DNA of 64,000 nucleotides from the human T2T-CHM13v2.0 reference genome, Homo sapiens (GCF_009914755.1 NC_060927.1), one strand, 5' to 3'; counted from the first letter of the stretch, positions 26,601 through 39,412 are shown. Numbers and translations: made by a program. The notes: generated from the letters alone by a model not told the origin.

Positions 26601-27471
26601 CAGGCCCTGGAGTACCTAGGTGAGAAGATCAGTGTACACTTCTGCTGACTGTTTGGACATTGGCCATCACTGTAAAAGGGCTGACCCCTGAGTGAAGCTC
26701 CATGTCCTCCCATTCTGTTCTAGATGATCAGATTCCACTTAAATGCATTTTAAAGCTGAATAACAGCAGGTTTTCTTCTTTAATGTTAACACTCATAGCA
26801 CACCAATATATAAATAAATAAGAATAACCTGTCATATGCTTTGTAATATAGGTTCTTAATTTTTATTCTCTCTGATGGTGAAGGTGTGAGCAGAAGAAAT
26901 CTGTGCCGAAAGAATAGCAGAACTTAGATAAATCACAAACATCCAGTATTTTCCAATATTGGTTTCTCCTTTCCTCCATTTTCCCTTCCTGGAAGACTCT
27001 ACTGGATGTCTTAGTGTACCTCAGAGGTGAGTTTCTCTGTAAAGTCTTCAGCAATCTTCTGCGCACAGAACTATCCTCTTTCCCTTCATTCTCCAATGGC
27101 ATTTTATGCATGCTTTTATTATAACATTTATTATGCTTTAAGATGAGAGAGGATAAGTATCAGTTTTTACTGCCTGTATCAAAATGTGTCTTCTTGAGAA
27201 CATAGTATGTTACTTACTTTTAAACCTCCTCACCTAACAGCACCTGACTCAGAGTGAGATTTGGGGTTTACTCAGTCAATATTTGTAGTATTTGTTGGTT
27301 AAATGATAGGCCACCAGAACGCTGTCTGGAGTATGTAACTACTTCTGCATGGTGATAGTAGCACACAAAATATGAAATGGAAATTAAAACATTTCAAAAC
27401 CTTTCCACCTCTAACTCACTGAGGTAAACAATTTAATACCATGATGTTCCCTTTCACAATGTTTTCCATAT

Positions 27472-27975
27472 TGTATTAGTTAACGATTGCGGTGTAGCAA
27501 ATTTCTCAGGGGCTTAGCCTTCACAAAAACAATAAATATTTATTATACCGCAGTTTTAGAAGGACAGGAATCCAGGAGCAGCTTGGCTGGGTTGTTCAGG
27601 CTCAGTCTCTCATGTGGTTGCCATTAAAATGTTGACTGGGGCTGCAGGGTTTAACTAGAGCAAGAGAATCTGCTTCTTATGTCACTGTTGGCTGAGGCAT
27701 TAGCTTCTCACTGGGCTGGTTCTCAGTGGGAGGCCTCAGTTCCTTTCCACGTAAAACTCTCCACACAGCTGCTTGAGAGGCCTCACAACATGACGCCTGG
27801 TTTCCCCCAGAAAAGCCAGTTCAGTAAAAAGAGCCAGGCATAAACTGCAGTCACATGCCATCACTTCTGCTGTGTGGTCTTGGTCCCGAGACCAACTCTA
27901 ATACCATGCATTATACAAGGGTATGAGTATCAAGAGTCAGGGGCCACTGGGGGCCATCTTGGAGGCTGGCTACCA
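27472..27975 (-). mobile_element. MLT1F-like LTR
   Basis: TGTATTAGTT..CAGGAATCCAGGAGCAGCTTGGCTGGG..GGGGCCATCTTGGAGGCTGGCTACCA. Confidence 0.8.
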
Positions 27976-27999
27976 TCCATATAGGGTTTTTGGTTTTTA

Positions 28000-28570
28000 T
28001 AAAAAATCTAATGATGCTATATACATTTATTTGCAACATTTTTTCACATGTAAATACTTCACTACCCTTTCTCCAGGTTGGTAGATATGAATGGAACTAA
28101 GTCATTCTTTACATTGTAGCTGACGTTATAATACATTTATTTCAGACCTATTAATTCTCATTGTTTTCTATTTCAATAAAGTAATACATATTCTTGCATA
28201 TTTATTTTCATTTTATAGAGGCTACCAAAAGTAAACATACTTGATCAAAAATATCAAAAATAGCATTTTGTTTTTTCTATTTCCATAGACATTACTACAT
28301 TTCAAAAGAGTGACAATATTTATTTTGCACCAACTATGCACAAAAGTACTTGTTTTCCCATATCCTCTTCAGCACTGGATAATTTTTTATATACATTTTG
28401 TCATTTTGATGTGCAAGAGAAATCTCTCATTTTTCATTTAATATGCTTATTTCACTATTAGTGAGCTTGAGCACTTAATGTATGTATTGACTTTATGCCT
28501 TATCTTTTCTGAATATTGTCTACTTGTAACCTTTCCTTCTCTTTTTCTCATCAATTTCTATGGAGCGTTT
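28000..28570 (-). mobile_element. Very old L1 (L1ME-like) fragment
   Basis: TTTTCCCATATCCTCTTCAGCACTGG..TATTAGTGAGCTTGAGCAC resembles reverse L1 ORF2 3' region. Confidence 0.55.
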
Positions 28571-29822
28571 GGTATTTGCACACAGCAAGAAATATAATTT
28601 TAATTATTTTTGCTCTGAAAAATTTATAGTATAGTCTCCTTAAAAGAATATTAGCATCTATTTCATCACCTTTTTGAGCTGATATACCTAAAAGTCTACC
28701 AGGTTTCATAGGGATCAAACATATACAGAAATATTTTATGTCTTATTTCTAGGGAACTTAAGATTGGATGAGAACGTGGCTATTGACATTACTAAGCTGA
28801 TTCACCTACCCCAGAAAGTGGCAAATTAAGCAGTCTGTTGACTTTAAGATTACCTTGGAGATAGATCACAGAATTTAAAATGCAGTCACTCAGAAAGCAA
28901 AATTGCTTGGGAATAAAAGGCAATAATTACTATCACTCTTTCTGCAACTAGTGAAATATAAAAAGAAAAAAAACCACCTCCCACTCTAAACCTTGAAGCC
29001 TCAGCAAATATTCAGAGACTCTTCAGATTGCATATTGTGATCAAAGCAGCAATCCTTAGGGTAAGCAGAAACTGCAAACTTCCCTCTCTCTGTGTGTTTT
29101 AAATCCCAAACTACTTTGATTGCTTTTCTGTCTAAACACAATAAACACCCTTGACCTTGAATTATACTGTTAGGAGATAAACATCTGGTATCTGGAAGAG
29201 AGCACTAAAAATGAATTCTTTGCTCTCTGGCATCTTAATGAACAATGACCAGTAACAAATCAATAAAGATAGTATGACAAGCTGTGATTAAGCGAGTTTT
29301 AGATAAAATCTCCAAATAATCAATGTTTAATATATTGGCTATCTAAAAGTACATCTCTGGGATTACTGCTGCACTGTTTAGGAGTTAGTTTGGGTAAATT
29401 ACCAGTGGGGAATTGGGAAAAGAGAACACAACAAATTGTTTTATATTCCTGGCAATATTATAAAGAATATTCTTATATTTTAATTTCTTACCATGTTATT
29501 TGGGAGAATTTTCTGGTAAGAATCACAGTGGTTTTAATTACTTGGCAAATAGATTCTTTATTTCCACAGACTAGTCCCTGATACTATCACTGAAGATCAG
29601 TGAAGTCCCATTGACAACCCCTTTTTCCCACTGTCACCACTCTGTCCTCATAGTACAGTATAAAAGTCTGGATTATTGTTCATAGATATTTGTTGTCCTT
29701 TCAGAATCCCAACAGAAGACAGCTGGTGTGTCTATGTTAAGATAAACTTAGGTGTTGTTATTTACAAAGATATGATTTACAAAGGTAAGGTGGAATGTAG
29801 CCAGTCTGGAATTATTATAGTA

Positions 29823-30169
29823 CAGGTTGAGCATCCCTAACCTGAAAATCTAAAATCTGAAATGCTCCAAAGTTCAAAACACAATGCCGCAAGTGTAAAA
29901 TTTCACATCTGACCTCATATGATGGGCTATGGTCAAAACACTGTCCTAACTTTCTTTACATGCACAAAATTATTTAAAACATTATATAAAATTATCATCA
30001 GTCTATGTGCATGAAGTGTATATGAAACATAACTGAATTTCACATTTAGATTTGGATCCTACCCTCAAGATATCTCATTGTATATATGCAAATATTCCAA
30101 AATCCAAAAAGATGTGAAATCTGGAACACTAATGGTCCCAGGCATTTCAGATAATGGATACTCACCCTG
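29823..30169. mobile_element. Tigger4/MER46-like TcMar-Tigger MITE
   Basis: TIRs CAGGTTGAGCATCCCTAA and GATAATGGATACTCACCCTG; TA immediately 5' of the element. Confidence 0.88.
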
Positions 30170-31516
30170 TGTTTAAGACTCAGATTGATTTAAATGGGAA
30201 AGATTGTTTTGAAGTATCAGATATACTTTACTTATTGTTTAAGTTCTTTAGGGCTTCTTTGAATAAGTTATTTTGAAAATGCATGTTTGTAAGCTTCTTT
30301 TTAACGCAGATTTCCAACTCTGAAAGGATGGTATCTAACCATGAGTTGAATTACTTCAGTCTCAAGCTACTGAAGCCCTTCAGTGCCTCCTATATGATAG
30401 TCAGTTTTAAGAAATGCTATTCACATCCAGGGTGCAAGGGTAGAGGTCCTCAATTCTGGTTAAAACCACTGGAATCTTGTGCAGAGAGTATTCTGGCTAG
30501 ATAAAGCAAAATTTTTCTGGAGTTCCTTGGGGTTCAATGGTCTGTTTTTATACTGCTGGTTGTGGCAGTTCCAGGTGTAAGCTTTTTAATACCTGTCAGG
30601 AGAAAGGCCTGACATCTTGGCTATTTTGATGCTGGTTTATTTGTCATTTATAAGGAGGAAGTAAATTATATGATAGTTAATATATAATATAGCTAATAAT
30701 ATATATTATAATGATAGTTAATAAATATAAATTGTATGCTTTTAGAAGAGCAATATCTGACAAGGTGTAAGCGCTCACTAGATGGTAGCTATGATGCTGC
30801 TGCTTCTGTGTCTGCTGTCTCAAAAGTGGGTATTCTAAGCAGACTCTTTGTTGCATGCCATTATCATTGAAACATGCGTGGTAGCCTGAAAAGAATGGCC
30901 TTCCAAGTTTCCTGCACTTGAAACACCCAGCATGAAGGAGGATAATTGAAATACAGTATATGGATCTGATCTGACCCACTCACTTACCTGAGTCTTTAAT
31001 ATCTGCCACACTGATTCTTGCTGTGCCTCATAAGCGTTGATTGACCATGGGTGAATATCCCAGACCTCTCAGGGGGCATCTGCAAGAAAAGACAAACAAG
31101 GAAAGTCACTAATTACAATGAACAAAAGCCAATGCATTTGATCCCTGTGATAAATGAGAGATGAGTCTTACTTTTTGGAAATTGAGTGTATTGGCGCTTT
31201 CTGTTAGTGAGATCAGAAAGAGATTTCTAAAATAGACTCAGGAGCCCCTTGCATGTTGGTGGACTTGGCCTCTAGTAGGCTCTCAGTTTGACACCTTCAG
31301 GGCATGGCCACTGGTAGCACTGCAACACCTAAGGTTTCAATCACTGCTAAGTGACAAACCTGGCTGCTCACAGAAAGGCAAGCTGCATTTCAATAGCTCA
31401 AGTGTTGTTCTCACATTGGTCTCGTAATATCTTCATGTAATACTTATAGTAGCAAGACTCAGCTTATTAAAGTAACTTACTGGATTGTAAATTGACTTCT
31501 TATAGTAGTCCCTGGG

Positions 31517-31557
31517 ACACACTCACAAACACACACACACATACACACACACACACT
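31517..31557. repeat. Imperfect (CA)n microsatellite
   Basis: Direct reading. Confidence 0.85.
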
Positions 31558-31884
31558 CATACTCGCAAGCTGTGATCTCAGAAAGATTATTATGTACAGT
31601 TCACTTAGGTTTCCCTACAATTGTTTTTAAATGAACCTGAAACATAGCCACGTATTTCCAACACTGAATGCTTTGGAAAGTTTTATGAGACCTAGCTTTT
31701 GGAGAGGACCAGCACCTTAGTTTGCTTTATGTTACTAAGCAACTCTTCCTTTATCTTTTATCTTGGAATCTTCAGGTCTATGAGAACAAGCTGTCAAATT
31801 TCAGGTTGCACAAAATCAGAGAGCAACTGAATAGTTGTAAGAAATAACTTACGTTTCTATATAAATGGAAGATATATGCATAGT

Positions 31885-32790
31885 ATTCAAATTAAACTAG
31901 CCTATGGTGGGGTAACACATCAACCCCCAAAACTCAGTGGCTGAACACATAAGGGCACATTCCTGGCTCACACAACATTGACTTTGGGACCAGTTACTGC
32001 AGGTCTCCTGTCTTCTAAGAGGTCTCCATGTGCTTCCATGTTGTGCCTCCATCTTCCCCTCCTGGCTTTCAAGGTAGGCATTATTCTCCGTGGTCCTAGC
32101 TCACACCCTTGGAGGCACTTTATTCTCATTCTACTTCTTGGCCCTATTCAAAGTAGATATTGGGTTATAGACCTCATTGGTAACTACATAGTTTTTCCAT
32201 CCCATGGGAATTGTGGTTGGTTCAAGAACCATTTTAGGTCTCATATGAACTCATGGATTTTTATTCTGTTTTTCTCCAGGTTCAGGTTTCTTTGGCAACA
32301 AAATGATCTCCAAAGTCTTGGCAGGATTTTCATACATCTATTCCAGTGAATTCCATGTACCAGTGACCACAGAGAGTGTTTGTTCTCAGATTTTGAAAAA
32401 TCTTTATTTTTTTTTGCTTTTTCATCCACCATGCTTTCCAACTTAATGAGGTTATTGTGCATTGGCGGGCGCGTCCTAATCTGATTTTTCCCCCTAATGG
32501 AAACATTTCCCAGGGCAGCACCCTTTCAAGCAGTAGCACAGGGAGTCCACTTCTATCTTACATAGAAGTTTTCCATCTAAGCAAACTGCTTCCTGATTGC
32601 TATGGCAGAGGCAGAGAGAATAGGCGGGTTTATATACACACATACAATCATATACACTCACATGCCTTGATCTCAGAAAGATCACTTTGTACAGTTCACC
32701 ATGGCTTATTAAAACTAGTCACATGTCTCCTGCCTAACTGCAAGGTAGGCTGGGAGGTATAGTGTTCTGCACGCAGAGGGAGCAGAGCAG
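31885..32790 (-). mobile_element. MLT1I/J-like LTR remnants (31885-32075, 32588-32628, 32700-32790)
   Basis: GTAACA..AACCCCCAAAACTCAGTGGCT and AAACTAGTCACATG..CCTAACTGCAAGG..GGCTGGGA motifs of old MLT1. Confidence 0.55.
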
Positions 32791-32890
32791 AACTGCTTTA
32801 AATTGCTGCCATAAAATGTTAAAACGAGGAGGGGTTTTTGAGGTAAGCTAGTCCTATGAGTTTAGTTTAGAGGTTAAAAAAAACAGTCAC

Positions 32891-33465
32891 CTTGTAGTAT
32901 AGTTTGAAGTCAGGTAGCATGATGCTTCCAGCTTTTTTCTTTTTGCTTAGGGTTGTCTTAGCTATATGGGATCTTTTTTACGAATGTTTATTGCAGCACT
33001 ATTTACAATAGCAAAGACTTGGAACCAACCCAAATGCCCATCAATGATAGACTGGATAAAGAAAATGTGGCACATATACACCATGGAATTCTATGCAGCC
33101 ATAAAAAGGAATGAGTTCATGTCCTTTGTAGGGACATGGATGAAGCTAGAAGCCATCATTCTCAGATAACTAACACAGGAACAGAAAACCACACACTGCA
33201 TGTTCTCAGTCACATGTAAAAGTTGAACAATGAAAACACATGGACACAGGGAGGGAAACATCACACACCAGGGCCCGTTGGGGGATGGGGGACAAGGGGA
33301 GGGAGAGCATTAGGATAAACACCTAATGCATGTGGGGCTTAAAAACTAGATGATGGGTTGATGGGTGCAGCAAACCACCATGGCACATGTATACCTATGT
33401 AACAAACCTGCACATTCTGCACATCTATCCCAGAACTTAAAGTAAATAAATAAATAAATAAAAAC
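32891..33465 (+). mobile_element. 5'-inverted, truncated L1PA (L1PA8-10-like)
   Basis: 32891-32979 is antisense ORF2; 32980-33465 is the sense ORF2 end (MFIAALFTIAKTWNQPKCPS..), 3'UTR and A-rich tail. Confidence 0.9.
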
Positions 33466-33959
33466 AACAAAAACGGAGTTGCTAAAAAATTCATCTAAAT
33501 CACAAATATTTCTGAATAAGATCTAGAACTAGATCCCATTTTCCTATAGTCCAGGAATATATCTACCTGCCTTCTAATCATACCATTTTTGTAAAAATTT
33601 CTAAGCTATTAGAACTGAATGACTAGATTTCTATTTCCAGGTAGTATTTGACTATATGTATGAATGGGTACGTGGACCTTACCTGTTTTTTCTCCATCAC
33701 TCACTCACTTGTGTATTCAATGTGTGGGTGCTGAAAAGAAGAGAATATATACACAAATTCCATTCTCCTTGTCTTTAAGGAGGAATCAGAATTTTGGAAA
33801 AATAAATGAGTAAACGGAAGATATTAACATACTATGAAATATGCTAGAATAAGTTGTACAGTGGCACAGGAAGAGAAGCACATCACTCAGAATTTGACCT
33901 AGAGAGTGTTTTCTGAAGTGGTTTAAAGGAATCACACAAATACATCATTCTAGTTTTTT

Positions 33960-34175
33960 ATAATGGAGTCCGACATAGTTTCCAGTCCTGGCTCTGCCAT
34001 TTACATGCGGTATACCTTTGGCATGTTGCTATCTGACCATTACTTTTCTCTACTGTAAAATGGGGCTAATAACACCTACTTTGCAAGGTTGATTATGAAA
34101 CAGATTAAATATATATATAAAGCACTGACCAAAATGATACATTTAGTAGACATTCATTGAATGGTAGCACTTATT
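33960..34175 (+). mobile_element. MIR
   Basis: CCTGGCTCTGCCATTTAC..CTGTAAAATGGGGCTAATAACACCTAC..AAGCACT. Confidence 0.75.
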
Positions 34176-34189
34176 CTTACTGGTGATTT

Positions 34190-34433
34190 TAAATTGTTTA
34201 AAAAATTATGGGATTCCGAATACCTTAAGTGTCACAGTCATCACTATTGATGGATTAACTATTTCATCACTGAACATAATTTACATACATAGAAAGGATA
34301 TGAATTATATAAGTGGAAAAGACATCCCTATGCCACCACCACCACCATTACCACCATCATCTTTATCATCATTGTCCTCATGACCTTATGCTTTGCTGAC
34401 CAAGAGGTCTTAGGTCCAAAGGAATGCTTCTCT

Positions 34434-34473
<40 letters not shown>

Positions 34474-34600
34474 ATGTATATAATTGATGTCCTTTCTACA
34501 TATGTAAAATACTTTCAGTAATGAAATAGTTAATCCATCAATAGTAATGAGTGTGACACTTAAGGTATTCTGTATTCCATAATTATTTAAATGATTTATG

Positions 34601-34644
<44 letters not shown>

Positions 34645-34789
34645 CGTAGAAGCATTCCTTTGGACCTAAGACCTATTGATCAGCAAAGCATAAGATCATG
34701 GGGACAATGATGATAAAGATGATGGTGGTAATGGTGGTGGCGGCGGCACAGGGATGTCTTTTCCACTTATATAATTGATATAAGTGGAA
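34190..34789. repeat. Interleaved inverted duplication A-B-A'-B'
   Basis: A 34190-34311 is the reverse complement of 34477-34598; B 34298-34470 is the reverse complement of 34607-34781. Confidence 0.95.
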
Positions 34790-34904
34790 TATATATGTGT
34801 GTGTATATATATGTATATGTGTGTGTATACATTATATATGTTTGTGGACGGGTGTGTGTATATATATCTATATATACATACACACACACACATACATACA
34901 TGTA

Positions 34905-35447
34905 AAGAAAGAGAGAGATTTAAGAAATTTTAAGGAATTGGTTCATAAAGTTACGGAGACTGGCAAGTCCAAAATCTGTAGGATGGGTCAGTAGGCTGGA
35001 GACCCAGGGAAGATCCAATGTTGCAGATTCAATTCCAGAGGCCATCTGTTGGAGAATTCCTTCCTCTAGGGAGAGAATCAGTTTTTTGTTCTATTTTCTC
35101 CTTCAATTGACTAGATGAGGCCCACACACATTATGGAGGGCAATCTGCTTTACTCCAGGTCCACCAGTTTAAATGCAAATCTCATCCAAAAACACCCTCA
35201 CAGAATCATCCCGAATAACATTTAACCAACTATCTGGACACTGTGGTACAGTCAAATTGACACATAAAATTAACCATCGCAAGTCTACCTCTTGACAACT
35301 TGGCACCCATACGTATCTCCTTAAAGCATATATAGTCTCCAAAAATAATAGAGACAATAACAAAATTATAATTCCACCCAGCAAGATTCAACTATCCTAC
35401 ATACAACCAAAAATGCTCTAACCATCTTTTGAGAAGAAGATACAAAA
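34905..35447 (-). mobile_element. MLT2C/D-like LTR body (34905-35281) plus PPT and ERVL 3' internal region (35282-35447)
   Basis: Ends AATTAACCATCGCA then AGTCTACCTCTTGACAACTTGGCACCC, whose reverse complement matches the HERV-L PPT region at 57605-57630. Confidence 0.9.
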
Positions 35448-35600
35448 TATACATATATATATGTATACACACATACATATATATAAAAATATATATATAG
35501 ATATACTTTGTATCCTCTTCTCATCCTCTTATCCTCTTTGTAAAATATATCGAACTATATCTATCTGTAGATATATATATATATGTATACATACACACAC

Positions 35601-35629
35601 TATTTCTCTGAAGAGCCCTGACTAATATA
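35601..35629 (+). mobile_element. MLT2 LTR 3' terminus, opposite in orientation to its body
   Basis: TATTTCTCTGAAGAGCCCTGACTAATATA matches the MLT2 end seen at 50811-50843 (..GAACCCTGACTAATACA). Confidence 0.8.
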
Positions 35630-37898
35630 TTCATTATCATTATAAGATTTACAGAAATAATAACCATTGCTGACATTGGGCCAGGGCTTCTATATTACAG
35701 CTATCGTGTCATTGATCTCATGGAACTTTCACAAGAACTGATGGAGAAGTACTATTATTGCCACTATCAGGAAATTGAGATCTAGAAAGTCTGAGTAACA
35801 TGCCCATGCTGATGAAAGAACTTTCAATTTATTCCCACAATGGTGCCTTAAATACTTTCTAGTACCAAGTGTGGCATATATGAATGCATTCATGAATACG
35901 AATAAATGAATAAATAAATAAATGAATATAAAGTCTGGGATAGTGAACATTTGAAAAGATGTCATAAAATACAGAAACAATCGCACAAAGATAATAACAG
36001 GATCTATGAAAAATTACTGATATATGAAGAAGCAAAAAACCCCAAAGACCAAAAATATATTTCACACATTTTAAGAACAATTTGAAATGACACCAGGGCC
36101 CAATGGACCTGGTGATCTACTAAGCCACAGATCAACTGCATTTGTAATGCCTTTTCTTTGAGCTCAGCAAATATTTATTATAAGAGTGCTAGGGTAGGAG
36201 CTTACAATCTAATGAAGAGGATTAGAGAAGAATACCAAAAACTATAGCACCAGACAGATTCAAGTAAATGAAGTGAGTTAAGAGAAACACATAGAGTTAG
36301 CATAAAGCCTCCAAGGAAGGAGAATATGTATTTGGAAAGATGTATTAAATAAATAGCATTTTTTCCAACTTTTTCTATCCCACTAACCCTTGAAGGGAAT
36401 GAACATCCAAATGTGTACTCTCTCAAGGCACTGATATTCTTATTCAAGGTTTAAAGTGACAGGTAGGCAGTGGCCTCTGCCTACTCCCTAGCCTCAAGTC
36501 CTGCCCTTACCTTCTCATGTCTGGTACCACTAGCTCCAGTTCCTTACCTCTTCCAAGCTCCCACTTCTTACTAGTCCTTTGCACTTGCAGATGCCATTGC
36601 ATGGCCATTCTCTCTTATCCAGCTCCCCATTCTGCCCCTTGCATTAGCAAATTCCATTCATTCTTTACATCTCAGGTCTGGAGTCACTCTTTCAATGAAG
36701 CCTTCTCTTAGCCGCAGTCCAACTCAAGTAACTGTGTTATTGCTTCTTAGGATCACACCTATTTTCCTCTGAACACTCATCTCCATTTATATTATAATTG
36801 CAAACTTATAACCAGTGTAAGTGTAGGCTGGGCTCAGTAGAATGCAAACAGGTAGCCCCTTAATTTTTCTCTACGTTTTTAAGTGCCTTCTGGTGTGTGT
36901 CATTTGGTATCACCACATCTTGGAGAGATGACATAGCTCCTCTAGACACTTTTGGATGTTTACAAATAGGCTGACTTTTAGGATTAGAAAATCCAGGCCA
37001 GTGTAAAATAAACTGTATCTTATCGAATTCAACTCTTCTATAGACTGAGGTACAGAAGTTCCTCTCCATTTTCACGAGTCTCTTGTACATGTTGATTCTG
37101 TAGTCTGGGTCGTTCTTTACCATCTAGTGAGGAAGGAATGAGGGAGCAAAGTGAAGGTATGCATAGTTTTTTCCTCAGGCAGATATAGTAAGCAGCTGAT
37201 AAATATCTTTTAAATGGATAAACTCATTTTACTACCTACAGGCTATGCTTCCTCATTCCTGAGACAACAAAATACTAGAGCACCATTTGGGCCAGGTAAC
37301 TGTAGTCCTCCCTACAAAGTACTTCAAAGGGCTGAAATAAATGTCCACCTCACCCTACTTGGAAAAAACGCCCACCTCTTTCTTCACTGAGTTGAAATAA
37401 ATGAAACAAATGTCTTCCTCTCCCTACTCTAAATGATTGAAATAAATGTCCACCTTTGGGCTTTGCAAATACCACATTTATTTCAACCATTTGGTGCCTG
37501 ATGGTGCAAGGAGTAGGCATTCACTCTACATGTTTTTTGCAATCGTCCCACCATCCCTACCCTGGCGCACACACACACCTCTCCCTCTCCCATGTCCCAC
37601 TCCCATCCCATGTTTCCACTCCTTTTTGCATCCTGCATTGGTGCATCTGGCAGATGTACCACCTGTCCCTGTTGCCTCCTCTCTTCAGCCCTTTTGGATA
37701 TCTTTGGTTTCTCTACCTTTTCACTTCCTGTTTACTACATCTAAAAGATCTTATCCCCATCTTCATATATCAAAACTCTACAAAGTTTCGCGAGCATCTG
37801 GCTAACAGCCTTCTAAAATACCTAAGGAAATTGGAAAAAGACAGGAGCTCAGAATGGCATGAAAAACCAAAACAGTCAGTCAGCCATCATAAGGGTGC

Positions 37899-38447
37899 TG
37901 TATTAGTCAGGGTTTCCTAGAGGGACAGGACTAATAGGATAGATGTATATATGAAAGAGAGTTTATTAAGGGGTGTGGACTCACACGATCACAAGGTAAA
38001 GTTCCACAATAGGCCGTCTGCAAGCTGAGGAGCAAGGAAGCCAGTCTGAGTCCCAAAACCTCAAAAGTAGGGAAGCTGAGAGTGCAGCCTTCAGTCTGTG
38101 GCCGAAGGCCCGAAAGCCCGTGGCAAACCACTGATGTAAGTCCAAGAGTTCAAAAGCTGAAGAACTTGGATTCTGATGTTTGAGGGCAGGAAACATCCAG
38201 CATGGGAGAAAAGTTAAGGCCAGAACACTCAGCCAGTCTGGTCCTTCCGCATTCTTCTGCCTGCTTTATTCTAGCAGTGCTGGCAGCTGATTAGATGGTG
38301 CCTACCCAGATTGAGGGTGGGTCTGCCTCTCCCAGTCCACCGACTCGAATGTTAATCTCCTTTGGTAACACCTTCACAGACACGCCCAGGAAAAATATTT
38401 TGCTTCCTTCAATTTAATCAAGTTGACACTCAATATTAACCATCATG
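37899..38447 (-). mobile_element. MLT2A2-like solo LTR, intact
   Basis: TGTATTAGTCAGGG..CTCAAAAGTAGGGAAGC..AATATTAACCATCATG; perfect TSD GGTGC at 37894-37898 and 38448-38452. Confidence 0.93.
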
Positions 38448-39139
38448 GGTGCCAATCTAGGGGCAATGTCCACGGAATACAAGTAGAGTCATCTGTTATC
38501 TCACAGCTCAAAAATCATGAGAAATACTTTTTCAAATCAAATGTAATTTATATCAAGCTATTGCTCTGACGTATATGGATTTCTGACGAGCCACCCAAAT
38601 AACTGTGTGAAGTTCCTATAGGGCCATTAACCAGAGGTAGCTCAGAAAATGACTAAAGAAAAGGAGAAAAACCTGAAGATAAATTAGCTTGAATTCATAC
38701 TACCGATTACATACAAATATTGAAAATGTGCCAATTTCAACTGTCATTAAATGACTCAAGAGGTATTTAATTTATATCTTTCGCTTGGTGCTTTCAATTA
38801 AAGGGAGAGAAAAGCACCAATAAAGCTATCAAATATATGGGTTTTACTTTGGCTCCTGTGTTTCCTAACTGTGCTGATTTCAGCTCTGTGCCCAACAGCT
38901 TTGAATTTAAAAAATTCGAAGATGAGCCGAATGCCCTCAGCTTCCTAGAGGACATGTTCTAAACAGTATTTCTTTAATTAGAAGTACAGCTTTAGGATCT
39001 GGAGTAGTTTTAATTTAACTTTGTTGGTGGAAATTTATAGATTTTTCTTTACAGCAACAGTTGGTGATGTTTTTGGATGATTTGAGTTATAGATACACTA
39101 TAGGTTGTGGAGATAGTGAGAAACAGAAATTTAACCTTG

Positions 39140-39412
39140 AAACTAACACAGAAACAAAAACCAAACACTGCATGTTCTCACTTACAAGTGGGAGTTGAAC
39201 AATGAGAACACATGGACACAGGGAGGGAACAACATACACTGGGGCCTGTTGGCAGGTGGTGTCGGGAGAGGGAGAGCATTAGGAAAAATAGCTAATGTGT
39301 GCTGGGCTTAATATGTGGGTGATGGGTTGATAGTTGCAGCAAACCACCGTGGTACACATTTACTTATGTGACAAACCACATACTGCACATGTATCCTGGA
39401 ACTTAAAATAAA

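Noticed and set aside
34183-34893. Two opposite-strand ORFs sharing YISGKDIP.PPPPPLPPSSLSSLS, superficially a paralogous gene pair
   Set aside because: They are translations of the B/B' inverted duplication over a (CCA/CAT)n low-complexity tract; there is no evidence of coding function.
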